Part shown: positions 35,866 to 45,596 of the stretch, one piece after another | How the letters are laid out: the number at the start of each line of letters is the position of its first letter | How positions within the stretch are numbered: the first letter of the stretch is position 1 | Virus genome (UHGV): UHGV-0206958 | DNA from: a virus | Reading direction: 5' to 3' (one strand) | DNA length: 49,795 nt | Notes under the pieces: model-generated | The model's input: the letters and a program-made list of their open reading frames with translations, nothing else | What the model was told of the DNA's origin: nothing | Databases searched by the model: none | Position numbers and translations under genes: made by a program

Positions 35866-36541
35866 GCAGATGGTCAGCATAGACCGTGAAAATTTTGCGC
35901 GCATAGCACGCGGCATGCCTGAATTGCCGGATGCGCAGGATACGCCCGCCGAGCAGACCGCTGAAATCTTTAACGCGCTGTTTAGCGCCTTGCGTGCAGC
36001 ATTCCCGGCCAGCGTGCATAGCTTCAGCGACCAGTCTGAGTTTGACGAACTGCGCCGCCAGTGGGCTCTGGCATTTCGTGAAAACGGGATCACCACCATG
36101 GAACAAGTGAACGCCGGGCTGCGCATTGCACGTCGCCAGGAACGCCCGTTCCTGCCGTCGCCAGGTCAGTTCATCGCATGGTGCCGGGAAGGTCATGGCG
36201 CCCTGGGTATCACCGTTGACGATGTCATGTCCGAATACTGGCGCTGGCGAAAGCTGGTTTTTCGCTACCCGACCAGTGAGCAATACCCGTGGAGCCAGCC
36301 CGTGCTCTATCACATTTGCCTTGAACTGCGCAGACGCGGTACTGACGGCCAGCTCAGCGAGAAAGAACTTGTTCGCGTTGCTGGTGATCTACTCCACGAC
36401 TGGGAAATGCGTGTTCTTGATGGAAAACCTGTTCCACCAGTACGCCGGGCACTAACCGCACCAGCTCAGGATCGAGGCCCGACTCCGGCGCAGATGCTGA
36501 TGGCGAAATACAAACAGCGAAAAGACGCTGGACTGATTTGA
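35849..36541 (+). CDS. Replication protein P (DnaB helicase loader, lambda P family)
   Basis: LAFRENGITTMEQVNAG and RPFLPSPGQFIAWCREG are near-identical to lambda P motifs. Confidence 0.85.
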   Translation: MKSLSEQMVSIDRENFARIARGMPELPDAQDTPAEQTAEIFNALFSALRAAFPASVHSFSDQSEFDELRRQWALAFRENGITTMEQVNAGLRIARRQERPFLPSPGQFIAWCREGHGALGITVDDVMSEYWRWRKLVFRYPTSEQYPWSQPVLYHICLELRRRGTDGQLSEKELVRVAGDLLHDWEMRVLDGKPVPPVRRALTAPAQDRGPTPAQMLMAKYKQRKDAGLI

Positions 36542-36552
36542 GAGGCAATCAC

Positions 36553-37239
36553 ATGGAAACCGTAATTCAGGTACTGGAAAAAATGGGCCGGGCGACATAC
36601 CGCGAAGTTGCTGCCCGTCTTGATATCGACCCGGTCGATGCGCTCACCATGTTACGTGAGCAGCGTGATCAGGGGTTATGCGATTTTGGAGACGGCGGCT
36701 GGTTCCTCGGTACCGTGAAAGGTCAGTCTCAGCAGTCAACGCCAAAGGCACCTGTGAATCCGTTCCCGCGTCTGAAAGGTGAGGAGCCGGAACCCGTTGA
36801 TCCTGATGTCGTCCGACAGCAGCTGCGTGAGCAGGGGGCTATGACGACAGTTTCGCTGGCCGCGGCCGTCAATCGCAATGCCCGCGGAATGGTCTCTGTT
36901 CTTCGCGCGCTGGAGCGCCAGGGCGTTGTGGTGAAGAACGGGAAGGGCAAAGGCGTTACCTGGTCCCTTGCTGTTGTTACAGAACCCGTTAAGCAAGAAC
37001 CGGTACCGGAGGCACCTGCCGCGCCGGAAGAAGCAAAACCGGTCGAACAGATCGTAAGTGAAATCCCCTCGTTCACCGAAGGGTGCGCCGCAGTCGAAGC
37101 GGTACCAGCGGTACGGGATATTTCTCGCGAAATCCGCCGCACCAGAAACAAGCTGGAGCAACTGACCAAACTGCGTGAGGCGGTTCGTGTTATTGGTCGC
37201 CACAGAAATCTCGTGCAGCAGCTGACAGGGAGGGAATAA
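36553..37239 (+). CDS. Hypothetical DNA-binding protein
   Basis: 229 aa with a winged-helix-like N-terminus and a P/E/A-rich linker. Confidence 0.4.
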   Translation: METVIQVLEKMGRATYREVAARLDIDPVDALTMLREQRDQGLCDFGDGGWFLGTVKGQSQQSTPKAPVNPFPRLKGEEPEPVDPDVVRQQLREQGAMTTVSLAAAVNRNARGMVSVLRALERQGVVVKNGKGKGVTWSLAVVTEPVKQEPVPEAPAAPEEAKPVEQIVSEIPSFTEGCAAVEAVPAVRDISREIRRTRNKLEQLTKLREAVRVIGRHRNLVQQLTGRE

Positions 37240-37242
37240 CCG

Positions 37243-37503
37243 ATGGCCAGAAAGAAAACCGACAAAGAACGCGCCCTGATCATCAACCGAATTATCGAAC
37301 TGGTGAAGGAGCAGGGGCGCATCACCACGAATGACGTCGTTGCGATGTTCGGCCTGCACCGGACCACGGCGGAGAAATATCTCCGCGTAGCGGTGGAGCA
37401 GGGTGGCCTGGTTCGCCATGGACGCTGCGGTGTCTTCCGTGACATGCGGGCAACAATCGACTTTGACCTGAAGCGTTTTTCACACAACAAGGCGGCAGCA
37501 TGA
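37243..37503 (+). CDS. Hypothetical winged-helix protein
   Basis: 86 aa, RBS AGGGAGGGA. Confidence 0.45.
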   Translation: MARKKTDKERALIINRIIELVKEQGRITTNDVVAMFGLHRTTAEKYLRVAVEQGGLVRHGRCGVFRDMRATIDFDLKRFSHNKAAA

Positions 37504-38246
37504 GCAACATCGACAAACAGGCGCTGCGTGATAGCGCAGAAAGCACAATCAACATTCTGGAAAACATCGCCGGATTCGAACCATCTGATATCGACGGCGA
37601 CACCGTAGAGCTCCGCTTTGAAACTGAGGACGGCTTCGATACCGGTTGTGACGTGAGCATTGTTGACCAGTGCCAGAAAGCCGCCGATGTAGTTCAGGCG
37701 CTGCTGGATGAGCTGGAAGCCAAAGACAAGCGCCTGAATGAAATTCTCACGCCGAACATGCTGCTGCCAGTGATTGGCGATATGGATGAAGACAATCTGC
37801 GTCACGTTATTAAGACCGTCAGCGAAAACTATTCGTTGCTGCACGCGAAATGGGAATCCGCAGAGAAGCGGGTTGCTGAGCTGGAGAGCGACAACGCATA
37901 CATAAAAAACCGCCACAAAGAACTGGACCTGTTAATCGGTAAAAACATTCTGGTAATGCAGGCAGCAATCATCGAATGGCAGGGAACTGGCGACGCCAGA
38001 AAGGGGCTGGCATGGATTTATAACACGCTGTTTGGCCCAGGCGAACTGCCGGACGAATCGGAGAAAGACGCCCAAGCCTATTTTGACCGTAAATATGCTC
38101 CTCTGGACGACGAACTCATGAATCTTCATCGGTGGTTCTGGGAGCAGAGCGAAGCTGAGCGCGCCGCCGCGCGCGTAGAGGAGGATGGCTACGACGCTAT
38201 GCACAAGGCAATGCTCACGGCAGCACCGCAGCAGGAGGAGAAGTAG
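37500..38246 (+). CDS. Ead/Ea22-like protein
   Basis: 248 aa. The NLHRWFWEQSEAER region is typical of the lambda Ea22 family. Confidence 0.45.
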   Translation: MSNIDKQALRDSAESTINILENIAGFEPSDIDGDTVELRFETEDGFDTGCDVSIVDQCQKAADVVQALLDELEAKDKRLNEILTPNMLLPVIGDMDEDNLRHVIKTVSENYSLLHAKWESAEKRVAELESDNAYIKNRHKELDLLIGKNILVMQAAIIEWQGTGDARKGLAWIYNTLFGPGELPDESEKDAQAYFDRKYAPLDDELMNLHRWFWEQSEAERAAARVEEDGYDAMHKAMLTAAPQQEEK

Positions 38247-38503
38247 TGGACCATTTGCTGAAATACGCTTGTAGGCGTGTGGCTGAGTTGGAAAATCTCC
38301 TGCTGGTGGAAGTACCTGAAACCATATGGCCTGCCGAGGTCGGTATGGTCTACAGCCAGATTGAAAACGCCGGGAACCTGCCGGCGCACCACCAGCGCCG
38401 CCTGCAGCATCACATCAATCGGATGTGGCTGGAACGAATGCCGGTACCGTCAATTATCGCTGCTGCCCGCTCGCTGGCCACCGCCATGGAGGAATACGCG
38501 TGA
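38246..38503 (+). CDS. Hypothetical protein (GTG start coupled to the upstream stop)
   Basis: GGAGGA RBS with GTG overlapping TAG. 85 aa. Confidence 0.4.
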   Translation: MDHLLKYACRRVAELENLLLVEVPETIWPAEVGMVYSQIENAGNLPAHHQRRLQHHINRMWLERMPVPSIIAAARSLATAMEEYA

Positions 38504-40542
38504 GAGAAATTATTGTTGATAACTTTGCTGGCGGCGGCGGGGCGAGTACAGGAATTGAAATGGCTATCGGGCGCAGTGTGGATATTGCGATCAACCACGA
38601 CCCGAACGCCGTTGCGATGCACACCACCAACCACCCGGACACGTTGCACTATTGCGAATCCGTCTACGAGGTCCGGCCAAAGATTGCGACCGCTGGCCGC
38701 CCGGTTGCGCTGGCATGGTTTTCTCCTGACTGCCGTCACTTTTCGAAAGCCAAAGGCGCAAAGCCCGTTGAGAAAGCGATTCGCGGACTGGCGTGGATTG
38801 TCATTCGCTGGGCGCTGGATGTTGGCCCGCGCGTGATGATGCTGGAGAACGTTGAGGAGTTCAAAACGTGGGGGCCGTTGCTACGTGAAATGCCGTTTAT
38901 CAGTCACGCAGATCGCTTCCTGGATGAATTTATTGGTCCGCCGCAAGCTGTTGAGCAGCGCCCGGATCCTGCCCGCTCTGGCGAAACTTTTGAGGCATTC
39001 ATTGGCATGCTGACCACTGGCATTTCAGCAGATCATCCTGCGCTGGCGGAATGCTGTGAATTTCTGAATCTTTCGTTGGACAGCGAGGAAGCTGCACGTC
39101 TGGTAAAAGGCCTGGGCTATGCCGTTGAGTATCGCGAGCTTCGTGCCTGTGATTATGGTGCTCCGACGATCAGAAAGCGTTTCTTCATGGTGATGCGCCG
39201 GGACGGGCAGCCAATTACCTGGCCGGAAGTAACCCACGCGGATCCGAAATCTCCAGCAGTGCAGGCTGGGAAGCTGGCGCCGTGGCGAACAGCTGCTGAA
39301 TGCATCGACTGGTCGATTGCCGCGCCGTCAATTTTTGGCCGTAAAAAGCCGCTGGCAGAAAACACTCTGAAGCGGATAGCCCGGGGAATTCAGCGCTTCG
39401 TCCTGGACAATCCGACGCCGTTCATCGTGAAGTGTAACCACACCAGCACCCGTTCGGGTTATGACTGTTTCAGAGGTCAGAGCCTGAATGAGCCTTTGCA
39501 GACCATCACAAAAAAACACGGCTACGCAATCGCAGTACCGCACCTGACGAAGTTCCGCACAGGTGCTACTGGGCAGGAAGTCACTGAACCGGTACCGACA
39601 ATTACCGCAGGTACATCGAAGCGTCCGGGCGGCAACGGGCATGCACTTGGCATGGTAGAAGCCGCACTTACACCTTTCCTGGCTGGTAACGGCGGCAGTG
39701 AATATCAGGCAAAGCCGCGCCCGCTGGAAAAGCCTGCGCATACAATCCTGAAACAGTCACGGGCGTGCGTTGTTGCCCCGGTTATTGCCCGGCAGTTCGG
39801 CGCCAGTACAGGACATCGGGCAGACGAACCCAGCGCGACAATCACCGCTGGTGGCGGCGGCAAATCGCAGCTGGTGATGCCTACGCTCATTCAGATGGGC
39901 TATGGCGAACGCGCGGGGCAGGAGCCGCGCGTGCTGCAACTGGATAATCCGCTTGGTACCGTTACGGCAGGCGGCAATAAATTCGCCACTGTGAGCGCGT
40001 TCCTGGCGAAGCACTACGGCGGGAATTACCAGGGCGCTGGCGTGGGCATGGACGAGCCGATGCACTCTGTGACAACCGTCGATCACCATGCTGCGGTAAC
40101 CTCTCATCTGGTGAAGCTGCGAGGAACCTGCCGGGACGGACAGCGCACCGACCAGTCAATGCCGACCATTACCGCTGGTGGCACGCATGTGGGAGAGGTG
40201 AAAACCATGCTGGCCGTAGACGGATACGACGAGCAGCGCGCGCAGCAGGCGCTGGCGTTCCTGCGCGAATATTGTGGCCCGGACAGCACTGGCCTGGTGA
40301 CGCTGGATGGGGTGGTTTATCGCATTGTCGATATTGGCATGCGCATGCTGCAACCACATGAGCTATACCGGGCGCAGGGCTTTCCGGAATGGTACATCAT
40401 CGACCAGGATTTCCGGGGCGTGAAGTACGCGAAGGATAAGCAGGTGGCGCGTTGTGGAAATGCGGTTCCTCCGCCATTCGCAGAGGCGCTGGTGAGGGCG
40501 AATCTCCCTGAACTTTGCCAGTCGAAAGAGATAGCAGCTTAA
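38500..40542 (+). CDS. DNA (cytosine-5) methyltransferase with a repetitive C-terminal extension
   Basis: GTG start with a GGAGGA RBS, overlapping the upstream stop. Motif I FAGGGG, a Cys motif SPDCRHFS and ENV are present. The C-terminal half has five (P)TITAGG-like repeats. Confidence 0.75.
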   Translation: MREIIVDNFAGGGGASTGIEMAIGRSVDIAINHDPNAVAMHTTNHPDTLHYCESVYEVRPKIATAGRPVALAWFSPDCRHFSKAKGAKPVEKAIRGLAWIVIRWALDVGPRVMMLENVEEFKTWGPLLREMPFISHADRFLDEFIGPPQAVEQRPDPARSGETFEAFIGMLTTGISADHPALAECCEFLNLSLDSEEAARLVKGLGYAVEYRELRACDYGAPTIRKRFFMVMRRDGQPITWPEVTHADPKSPAVQAGKLAPWRTAAECIDWSIAAPSIFGRKKPLAENTLKRIARGIQRFVLDNPTPFIVKCNHTSTRSGYDCFRGQSLNEPLQTITKKHGYAIAVPHLTKFRTGATGQEVTEPVPTITAGTSKRPGGNGHALGMVEAALTPFLAGNGGSEYQAKPRPLEKPAHTILKQSRACVVAPVIARQFGASTGHRADEPSATITAGGGGKSQLVMPTLIQMGYGERAGQEPRVLQLDNPLGTVTAGGNKFATVSAFLAKHYGGNYQGAGVGMDEPMHSVTTVDHHAAVTSHLVKLRGTCRDGQRTDQSMPTITAGGTHVGEVKTMLAVDGYDEQRAQQALAFLREYCGPDSTGLVTLDGVVYRIVDIGMRMLQPHELYRAQGFPEWYIIDQDFRGVKYAKDKQVARCGNAVPPPFAEALVRANLPELCQSKEIAA

Positions 40543-40560
40543 AATCGTCTGATTATTCAA

Positions 40561-40586
40561 CCCGCTACGGCGGGTTTAATTTTTTC
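40561..40586 (+). terminator. Rho-independent terminator (CCCGC-TACG-GCGGG-T)
   Basis: Hairpin followed by TTTAATTTTTT. Confidence 0.6.
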
Positions 40587-40647
40587 TTACATACACAAAA
40601 TTAGCATTTTGTGCTCTTGTTGCGTTGACCATTTTTCCAGGTAGGTG

Positions 40648-40667
40648 TACTGTATAAAAACACAGTA
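40648..40667 (+). promoter_or_regulatory. LexA box TACTGTATAAAAACACAGTA overlapping the -10 of the dinI-like promoter (TTGACC -35 at 40625)
   Basis: CTGT-N8-ACAG consensus, 19 nt upstream of the dinI-like ATG. Confidence 0.8.
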
Positions 40668-40685
40668 TATGCAAAGGAGGCCACC

Positions 40686-40919
40686 ATGAAAGTTGAATTA
40701 ACCATTGATCGCACAAAGAAACTTCCAGATGGAGCAATGCCAGCGCTGGAAAAAGAACTGCTAAAACGGCTCCGGAATCAGTTCGAGGATTGCAGTCTGG
40801 TTGTTCGTCGTGCTGGTTCGGATGGGTTAAGCGTTTATGGTGGGGCAAAGGAAGCGAAGAAGACGGTTGAAGGGATCCTTCAGGAAACCTGGGAAAGTGC
40901 AGACGACTGGTTCTATTAA
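40686..40919 (+). CDS. dinI: DinI-family DNA-damage-inducible protein
   Basis: MKVELTIDRTKKLPDGA...ILQETWESADDWFY is near-identical to the E. coli DinI C-terminus. RBS AAGGAGG. Confidence 0.8.
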   Translation: MKVELTIDRTKKLPDGAMPALEKELLKRLRNQFEDCSLVVRRAGSDGLSVYGGAKEAKKTVEGILQETWESADDWFY

Positions 40920-41029
40920 GGGTGTACACAGGGGTAGCGCGCATTTTCAGAATACCGCAATTTGCGAATCCCTTTGATGCTGCTGCCGACAATTTCTAAT
41001 CGCGTCTGTATGTCGCTCAGGGGGATTCC

Positions 41030-41239
41030 GTGGAGGGTGTAGTTCAGTCAGATCTGCGAGTGACCATAACCGATGGGAAAGGAAGGGAGTTGCTGTCCTT
41101 CAAGTTGGGTGCGGAAGAGCGCTATATAATTTCCACCAAAGATAGCTCCATAACTCACAGAAAACTAAGCAGGGACGATCGTTACTGGTCCAAAGAAACC
41201 ATTATGGAAGTTGTAAGGGAAATGGCTTCTAAAAATTGA
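41030..41239 (+). CDS. Hypothetical protein (GTG start)
   Basis: ORF only, 69 aa. Confidence 0.3.
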   Translation: MEGVVQSDLRVTITDGKGRELLSFKLGAEERYIISTKDSSITHRKLSRDDRYWSKETIMEVVREMASKN

Positions 41240-41323
41240 CTTGTCACTACGTACGCAATCATAATTCTTGAGCTGGCCTGAACAACCAGCAACCTGACCG
41301 CGATGCGCCACGGAGTGAACACC

Positions 41324-41923
41324 ATGGCGCAGTTACAACTCATTAAGCAGTCCTCAGGGATCCTGATCCCGGCTACGCCGGAGACCAGCGATTTGCTGCA
41401 ATCAAAAATCAAGCTCGGCGCCGTGCTGGTGGCCGACTTCAAACAGGTACGCAATCCTGCGTTTCATCGCCGCTTCTTCGCTCTGCTGAATCTGGGCTTC
41501 GAATACTGGGAGCCTACCGGCGGCGCAATCTCCTCCAACGAGCGCAAGCTGGTTACCGGCTACGCTAAATTCCTGGCTACCTATGGCGGAAACGAAGGCG
41601 CACTGCTCGATGCCGCTGAGCACTATCTTGAGCAGGTTGCGAGCCGCCGCGTAACAAACGGGATCAGCCTCTGTAAATCCTTCGATGCATACCGTGCCTG
41701 GGTGACTATTCAGGCCGGGCATTACGACGCTATCAAACTTCCGGATGGCTCACTTCAGAAGCACCCACGCAGTATTTCATTCGCCAACATGGACGAAATT
41801 GAGTTCCAGCAGCTGTACAAGGCCGCGCTTGATGTCCTCTGGCGCTGGATATTATCCAAAGCATTCAGGGACCAGCGCGAGGCGGAGAACGCCGCTGCGC
41901 AACTCATGAGCTTCGCGGGGTGA
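41324..41923 (+). CDS. Hypothetical nin-region protein (DUF1367-like)
   Basis: About 199 aa from the ATG with a GGAG RBS. Confidence 0.4.
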   Translation: MAQLQLIKQSSGILIPATPETSDLLQSKIKLGAVLVADFKQVRNPAFHRRFFALLNLGFEYWEPTGGAISSNERKLVTGYAKFLATYGGNEGALLDAAEHYLEQVASRRVTNGISLCKSFDAYRAWVTIQAGHYDAIKLPDGSLQKHPRSISFANMDEIEFQQLYKAALDVLWRWILSKAFRDQREAENAAAQLMSFAG

Positions 41924-42129
41924 TGGGGATGAAGCATACCTGGTTCCATCATACCGATTGTACAACCCAGCAGGCCGAAGAACTCATGGCGGAATACCAG
42001 CGCCGCGGCGTGAAGGTAGAGCGCAACCTGAACTCAGATTATCTCACCTGGACCGTCAGCGCCCGGCTGCCTGAAGGTAATAAACCACCGCGTATAAATC
42101 GCCGGTGGCAAAACCGGATATGGGGGTGA
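41923..42129 (+). CDS. Hypothetical protein
   Basis: 68 aa, coupled to the upstream gene. Confidence 0.3.
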   Translation: MGMKHTWFHHTDCTTQQAEELMAEYQRRGVKVERNLNSDYLTWTVSARLPEGNKPPRINRRWQNRIWG

Positions 42130-42131
42130 GC

Positions 42132-42413
42132 ATGGCTATTTATCGCAGCAAAAAATGGCTCGCCGCCGTCGGGCAGATCGAGCGTTGTGTTCTTTGTGGA
42201 GCATGGGGGACGCAGGTGGCACACCGGAACGAAGGGAAGGGCATGGGATTAAAAACCGATGATTGTGCGACAGCTGCGCTCTGCATTTGCTGTCATGACA
42301 GCATTGATAACGGGAATAAGCTGAACAGGGAGGAGCGTCGGCAGCTTATGGACCGCGCGATTGTTCTGACAGTGATTGAAGTTGCCCGCCGCGGGCTGGT
42401 GGTGCCCGCATGA
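42132..42413 (+). CDS. YbcO-like (DUF1364) zinc-binding putative nuclease
   Basis: The C..CGAWG..VAHRNEG...DDCATAALCICCHDSID pattern parallels DLP12 YbcO (C..C...H....C..CHD.ID). Confidence 0.5.
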   Translation: MAIYRSKKWLAAVGQIERCVLCGAWGTQVAHRNEGKGMGLKTDDCATAALCICCHDSIDNGNKLNREERRQLMDRAIVLTVIEVARRGLVVPA

Positions 42414-42766
42414 AAATTTACGAAATTACGCCGATTGGCAAGCCCCGAATGACTCAGCGTGATCGATGGCATAAACGGCCAGCAACAGCAGCGTACTGGG
42501 CATACAAAGAACAGGTCCGGTTGCTTGGCATCCGTCTGCCTGAGTCCGGATATCACATCACGTTCGTCATCCCCATGCCGAAGAGCTGGAGTAAGACAAA
42601 GCGGGCGCAATATGTCGGCCAGCCTCACCAACAAAAGCCTGACAAAGACAATCTGGAAAAAGCTCTGCTGGATGCAGTGTTTGACGAGGATAGCCATGTC
42701 TGGGACGGACGGGTAACCAAAATCTGGGGAGAAACCGGGCAAATTATCATCGGGGAGGCCACATGA
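42410..42766 (+). CDS. rusA: RusA Holliday junction resolvase
   Basis: 118 aa with the DKDNLEKALLDAV catalytic motif (the RusA D-x-D-N motif). Confidence 0.85.
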   Translation: MKIYEITPIGKPRMTQRDRWHKRPATAAYWAYKEQVRLLGIRLPESGYHITFVIPMPKSWSKTKRAQYVGQPHQQKPDKDNLEKALLDAVFDEDSHVWDGRVTKIWGETGQIIIGEAT

Positions 42767-42900
42767 AGCCAGAAACGCTTGAGGTACTCCGAGCGCGCTG
42801 GCAGCGCCTTCGCATTTACCGCTACCGGGGATCAGTGCTGGTGGACTACCGCATCCTTCGTAATTTTGTTCGAATCTATCATTCAGCAGGAGCCGCATAA
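42763..42900 (+). CDS. Small hypothetical protein (45 aa) coupled between rusA and Q
   Basis: ATGA overlap with the rusA stop and TAATG overlap with the Q start. Confidence 0.3.
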   Translation: MKPETLEVLRARWQRLRIYRYRGSVLVDYRILRNFVRIYHSAGAA

Positions 42901-43709
42901 TGAACCTCGAATCAATAGCTAAATATTTCGCACCAAAATCACCGATGTTCAGTGACTCCTCGAGGGCGACTGCCACCGACAATCTGACCGGAACTGATGT
43001 TATGGCCGCGCTTGGACTGGTTAACGCCAAGTGTGGGTTTGGATTCGATTTATACCTTGCAAAAATTGGTATCAGCAGCCCTGACCGGGCAATGGAGGCG
43101 CTTTATGGAGCATCGCTGGACCTATGCCGACGCTTTAAATCAGTTACAGAACTCGATGAAAAAGTTCGGCAGCGCGTTCTCGAAATTATGTGTGCTTTTG
43201 TATACCAGGATTACGCCCGTAGTGCGGCAAGCGTTCGCAGATGTGACTGCTGCGATGGTAGCGGCTTTACCGAAGTCGAGGTATTCACCAACAAAATCCA
43301 ATACCCTGACGGCAAGCCGCCAAAATGGGCAAAAGTTACAAAGGGTGTTTACCCCTCATACTGGGAGGAGTGGAAATCAGTTCGGGAGAACGCGCGAGTT
43401 CTGTGCAAAGCGTGTAACGGCAAAGGCTTTATCAGCAATGCGTGTCGTTGCCACGGAAAAGGGAAGGTGCTGGATAAGAAAAAGACAGAGGAACAGGGCG
43501 TGCCGATCATGAAGGTGTGTGACCGCTGCACGGGGAGAGGATACGCCCGGCTAAAATTCTCCAATGTGCTGGAGGGCGTCCGCACCGTATGGGATGTAAA
43601 AAAAACCACCGCTTACGATCACCTGCAACCGCTGTTTGAATTGCTGGTGGAGGAGTGCCATCGGCAGGAAGGTTATGCAGAGAATGCCCTCAAATCCGTA
43701 ACTCAGTAG
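42900..43709 (+). CDS. Late antitermination protein Q (Phage_antitermQ family)
   Basis: 269 aa with four CxxC zinc motifs (CDCCDGSG, CKACNGKG, CRCHGKG, CDRCTGRG). It is positioned before the lysis genes. Confidence 0.75.
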   Translation: MNLESIAKYFAPKSPMFSDSSRATATDNLTGTDVMAALGLVNAKCGFGFDLYLAKIGISSPDRAMEALYGASLDLCRRFKSVTELDEKVRQRVLEIMCAFVYQDYARSAASVRRCDCCDGSGFTEVEVFTNKIQYPDGKPPKWAKVTKGVYPSYWEEWKSVRENARVLCKACNGKGFISNACRCHGKGKVLDKKKTEEQGVPIMKVCDRCTGRGYARLKFSNVLEGVRTVWDVKKTTAYDHLQPLFELLVEECHRQEGYAENALKSVTQ

Positions 43710-43760
43710 TAGGATTTTTCACAAAAAGTTAATTTCATGGAAAAATGATATTGAGCTTTA
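43710..43760 (+). promoter_or_regulatory. Candidate late promoter pR' / Q-utilisation region
   Basis: Position only: immediately downstream of Q and about 110 nt upstream of a strong terminator. TTCACA and TGATATTGA are the candidate elements. Weakly supported. Confidence 0.3.
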
Positions 43761-43835
43761 CGGAATTATTGGCTAATATCGACTCTAACGCTGGGAATCC
43801 GTTCAATCGTTTCGACCAGCAAGAAATCAATCAAG

Positions 43836-43866
43836 CCCTGCGGTTAATACCGCGGGGTTTTTTCGT
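43836..43866 (+). terminator. tR'-like intrinsic terminator about 130 nt downstream of Q
   Basis: CCCTGCGG-TTAATA-CCGCGGGG followed by T6. It lies inside the track ORF 43745..44020, which is therefore rejected. Confidence 0.65.
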
Positions 43867-43983
43867 TTGGGGGATTAAAAAATCTCCCCAGCTTCTCAAT
43901 GAAGAAAAATTAAACCTCTTGTTATGGTGTGGTTTTTCATTTGGGAGTACATTTTGCTCATGCGAATCTTACGTGAGTGAACT

Positions 43984-44766
43984 ATGGAACCCAGAGGAAA
44001 TTACCTTATCAAACCCCTGAGAGATCTTGGGTGTGGTGCATTTGGCAGAGTTGAGAAAGTCGAAGTTTACAACACTGCTGGGCACTTAAGTGGTGAGTAC
44101 GCAAGAAAAGTGCTTTCAGTCAATCCGGTTTTGTTGAATGAATACTTCAGTGTTGATGATTGGAAGCGAAGATTTAGAAGGGAAGTTGATTATCAAGCTA
44201 AGTGTAGTCACGATCATGTCGTGAGAATTTGCATACATAATCTTGATTGCGAACACCCTTGGTTCGTTATGGAACTGGCCGAAACCGACTTAAGAAGTGA
44301 GTTGAGGTCCAACGCGCTGCTAGACGATGAAAAGCTATCAGCCCTTCAAATGGTATTCAAAGGTGTGCAATACCTTCATAGAAATGGATTGCTGCATCGA
44401 GATCTAAAGCCCGAGAATATCCTGAAATTTGATGGTGGATGCTACAAAATTTCAGACTTTGGATTGATTAAGAAAATGGATTCGAAAGCCCAATCCGATT
44501 TCCTCTCTGGGGTATTACAAGATAAAAATGCCGGAATAGGCACGGCCAAATACATGTCCGATGAGGCTAAAAGAGGAGTTTATACTCAAAAATCGGATAT
44601 TTTTGCATTGGGTGTCATCATTAGCGAAATGGATTTGGCTCATATTGATGGCATAAGTGCCCTGATAGACAAATCCGCTGCATTCTTACCTCGTTCAAGG
44701 TACGATTCGGTAGACGAAATGATTGTTGCACTTGATGAGATTATTGCTACTAGGAGAGGCAAATGA
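43984..44766 (+). CDS. Hanks-type Ser/Thr protein kinase
   Basis: G-loop LGCGAFGRV, Lys in YARKVL, catalytic loop HRDLKPENIL, DFG, and an activation segment GTAKYMSDE. AT-rich. Confidence 0.85.
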   Translation: MEPRGNYLIKPLRDLGCGAFGRVEKVEVYNTAGHLSGEYARKVLSVNPVLLNEYFSVDDWKRRFRREVDYQAKCSHDHVVRICIHNLDCEHPWFVMELAETDLRSELRSNALLDDEKLSALQMVFKGVQYLHRNGLLHRDLKPENILKFDGGCYKISDFGLIKKMDSKAQSDFLSGVLQDKNAGIGTAKYMSDEAKRGVYTQKSDIFALGVIISEMDLAHIDGISALIDKSAAFLPRSRYDSVDEMIVALDEIIATRRGK

Positions 44767-45509
44767 TTGAGCTGTTGAATTGCGGTGCATTCTCATGCCC
44801 AAAAGATCCAAGTCGCGAAAACCAAGATGCCATTCTGCTTCCGCAACCTTGTAACGATGGTTTCATTTTTGCTGTGGCTGATGGTGTAGGTTCATATGTA
44901 GGTGCTGGAGAGGCTGCTCAAGCAGCTATAAACTTTGTTGCTGGGCATAAGGATAGAGCTGGGCATGAGCCAGGAATCATTTTCGCAGGCATCAAAAACA
45001 ACATAGCAGAGCTTTCTCAGAACGATTCGGCGCAGCGCAAGGCGGCTACAACTTTATCATATTGTGTTGTTACTGGTAATGAACTTGTCATTGTTCATGT
45101 TGGCGATACACGAGTTTATGTAAAAACCGAAAACAAACTAAAGCAGTTGACTAAGGACCACACCCAACATCAAGAGTTGCTCGACGCTGGTTTGTATAAC
45201 AAAAAAGAGCTAGCAGAATTACCTGGAAGCAATATGCTGACTGCTGCTCTGTCTAAGGTGTTACCTATCAACTTTCAGCATATAACTTTGCCGCTAGCGG
45301 ATTTTGTAGATGAGAACGGCATCATCACGATTATCATTATGTCTGATGGCGCCCACCATCATTGGGAGCGACGACCTCGGTTTTCCCCTAATACACTGAA
45401 CAATGCAAATAGCTTCACTTCGAGCCTTTTAAAACGTATACAAAGAGTTGGCCCTACAGATGACCATTCTCTGATCGCCGTGAATTTAAGGGTAAGTTCA
45501 AGAGACTAA
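44763..45509 (+). CDS. PP2C-family (PPM) Ser/Thr phosphatase
   Basis: ENQDA, FAVADGVGS, GDTRVY, TKDHT, IMSDG and DDHSLIAV are ordered PP2C metal-binding motifs. The ATG overlaps the kinase stop. Confidence 0.8.
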   Translation: MIELLNCGAFSCPKDPSRENQDAILLPQPCNDGFIFAVADGVGSYVGAGEAAQAAINFVAGHKDRAGHEPGIIFAGIKNNIAELSQNDSAQRKAATTLSYCVVTGNELVIVHVGDTRVYVKTENKLKQLTKDHTQHQELLDAGLYNKKELAELPGSNMLTAALSKVLPINFQHITLPLADFVDENGIITIIIMSDGAHHHWERRPRFSPNTLNNANSFTSSLLKRIQRVGPTDDHSLIAVNLRVSSRD

Positions 45510-45570
45510 TTTCAACTGTTTCAGTTTATTGTTCAATTTAGAATAGTAGCGCTGTTTCCCCCCTTTTATT

Positions 45571-45596
45571 AGCCAGCCTAAGAGCTGGCTTTTTCT
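45571..45596 (+). terminator. Rho-independent terminator after the kinase/phosphatase pair
   Basis: AGCCAGC-CTAAGA-GCTGGCT followed by T5. Confidence 0.55.

Noticed and set aside
36729-37916. 395-aa minus-strand ORF
   Set aside because: It is antisense across three plus-strand early genes that have good RBSs. Its composition is R/S/A-rich and not protein-like.
42293-43030. 245-aa minus-strand ORF
   Set aside because: It is antisense to the ybcO-like gene, rusA and Q, which are translationally coupled on the plus strand.
43745-44020. 91-aa ORF upstream of and overlapping the kinase gene
   Set aside because: A strong intrinsic terminator (43836-43866, tR'-like) lies inside the ORF, and the region has the position of the pR' leader / 6S-like RNA. 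This is more likely a non-coding late leader than a third gene of the module.
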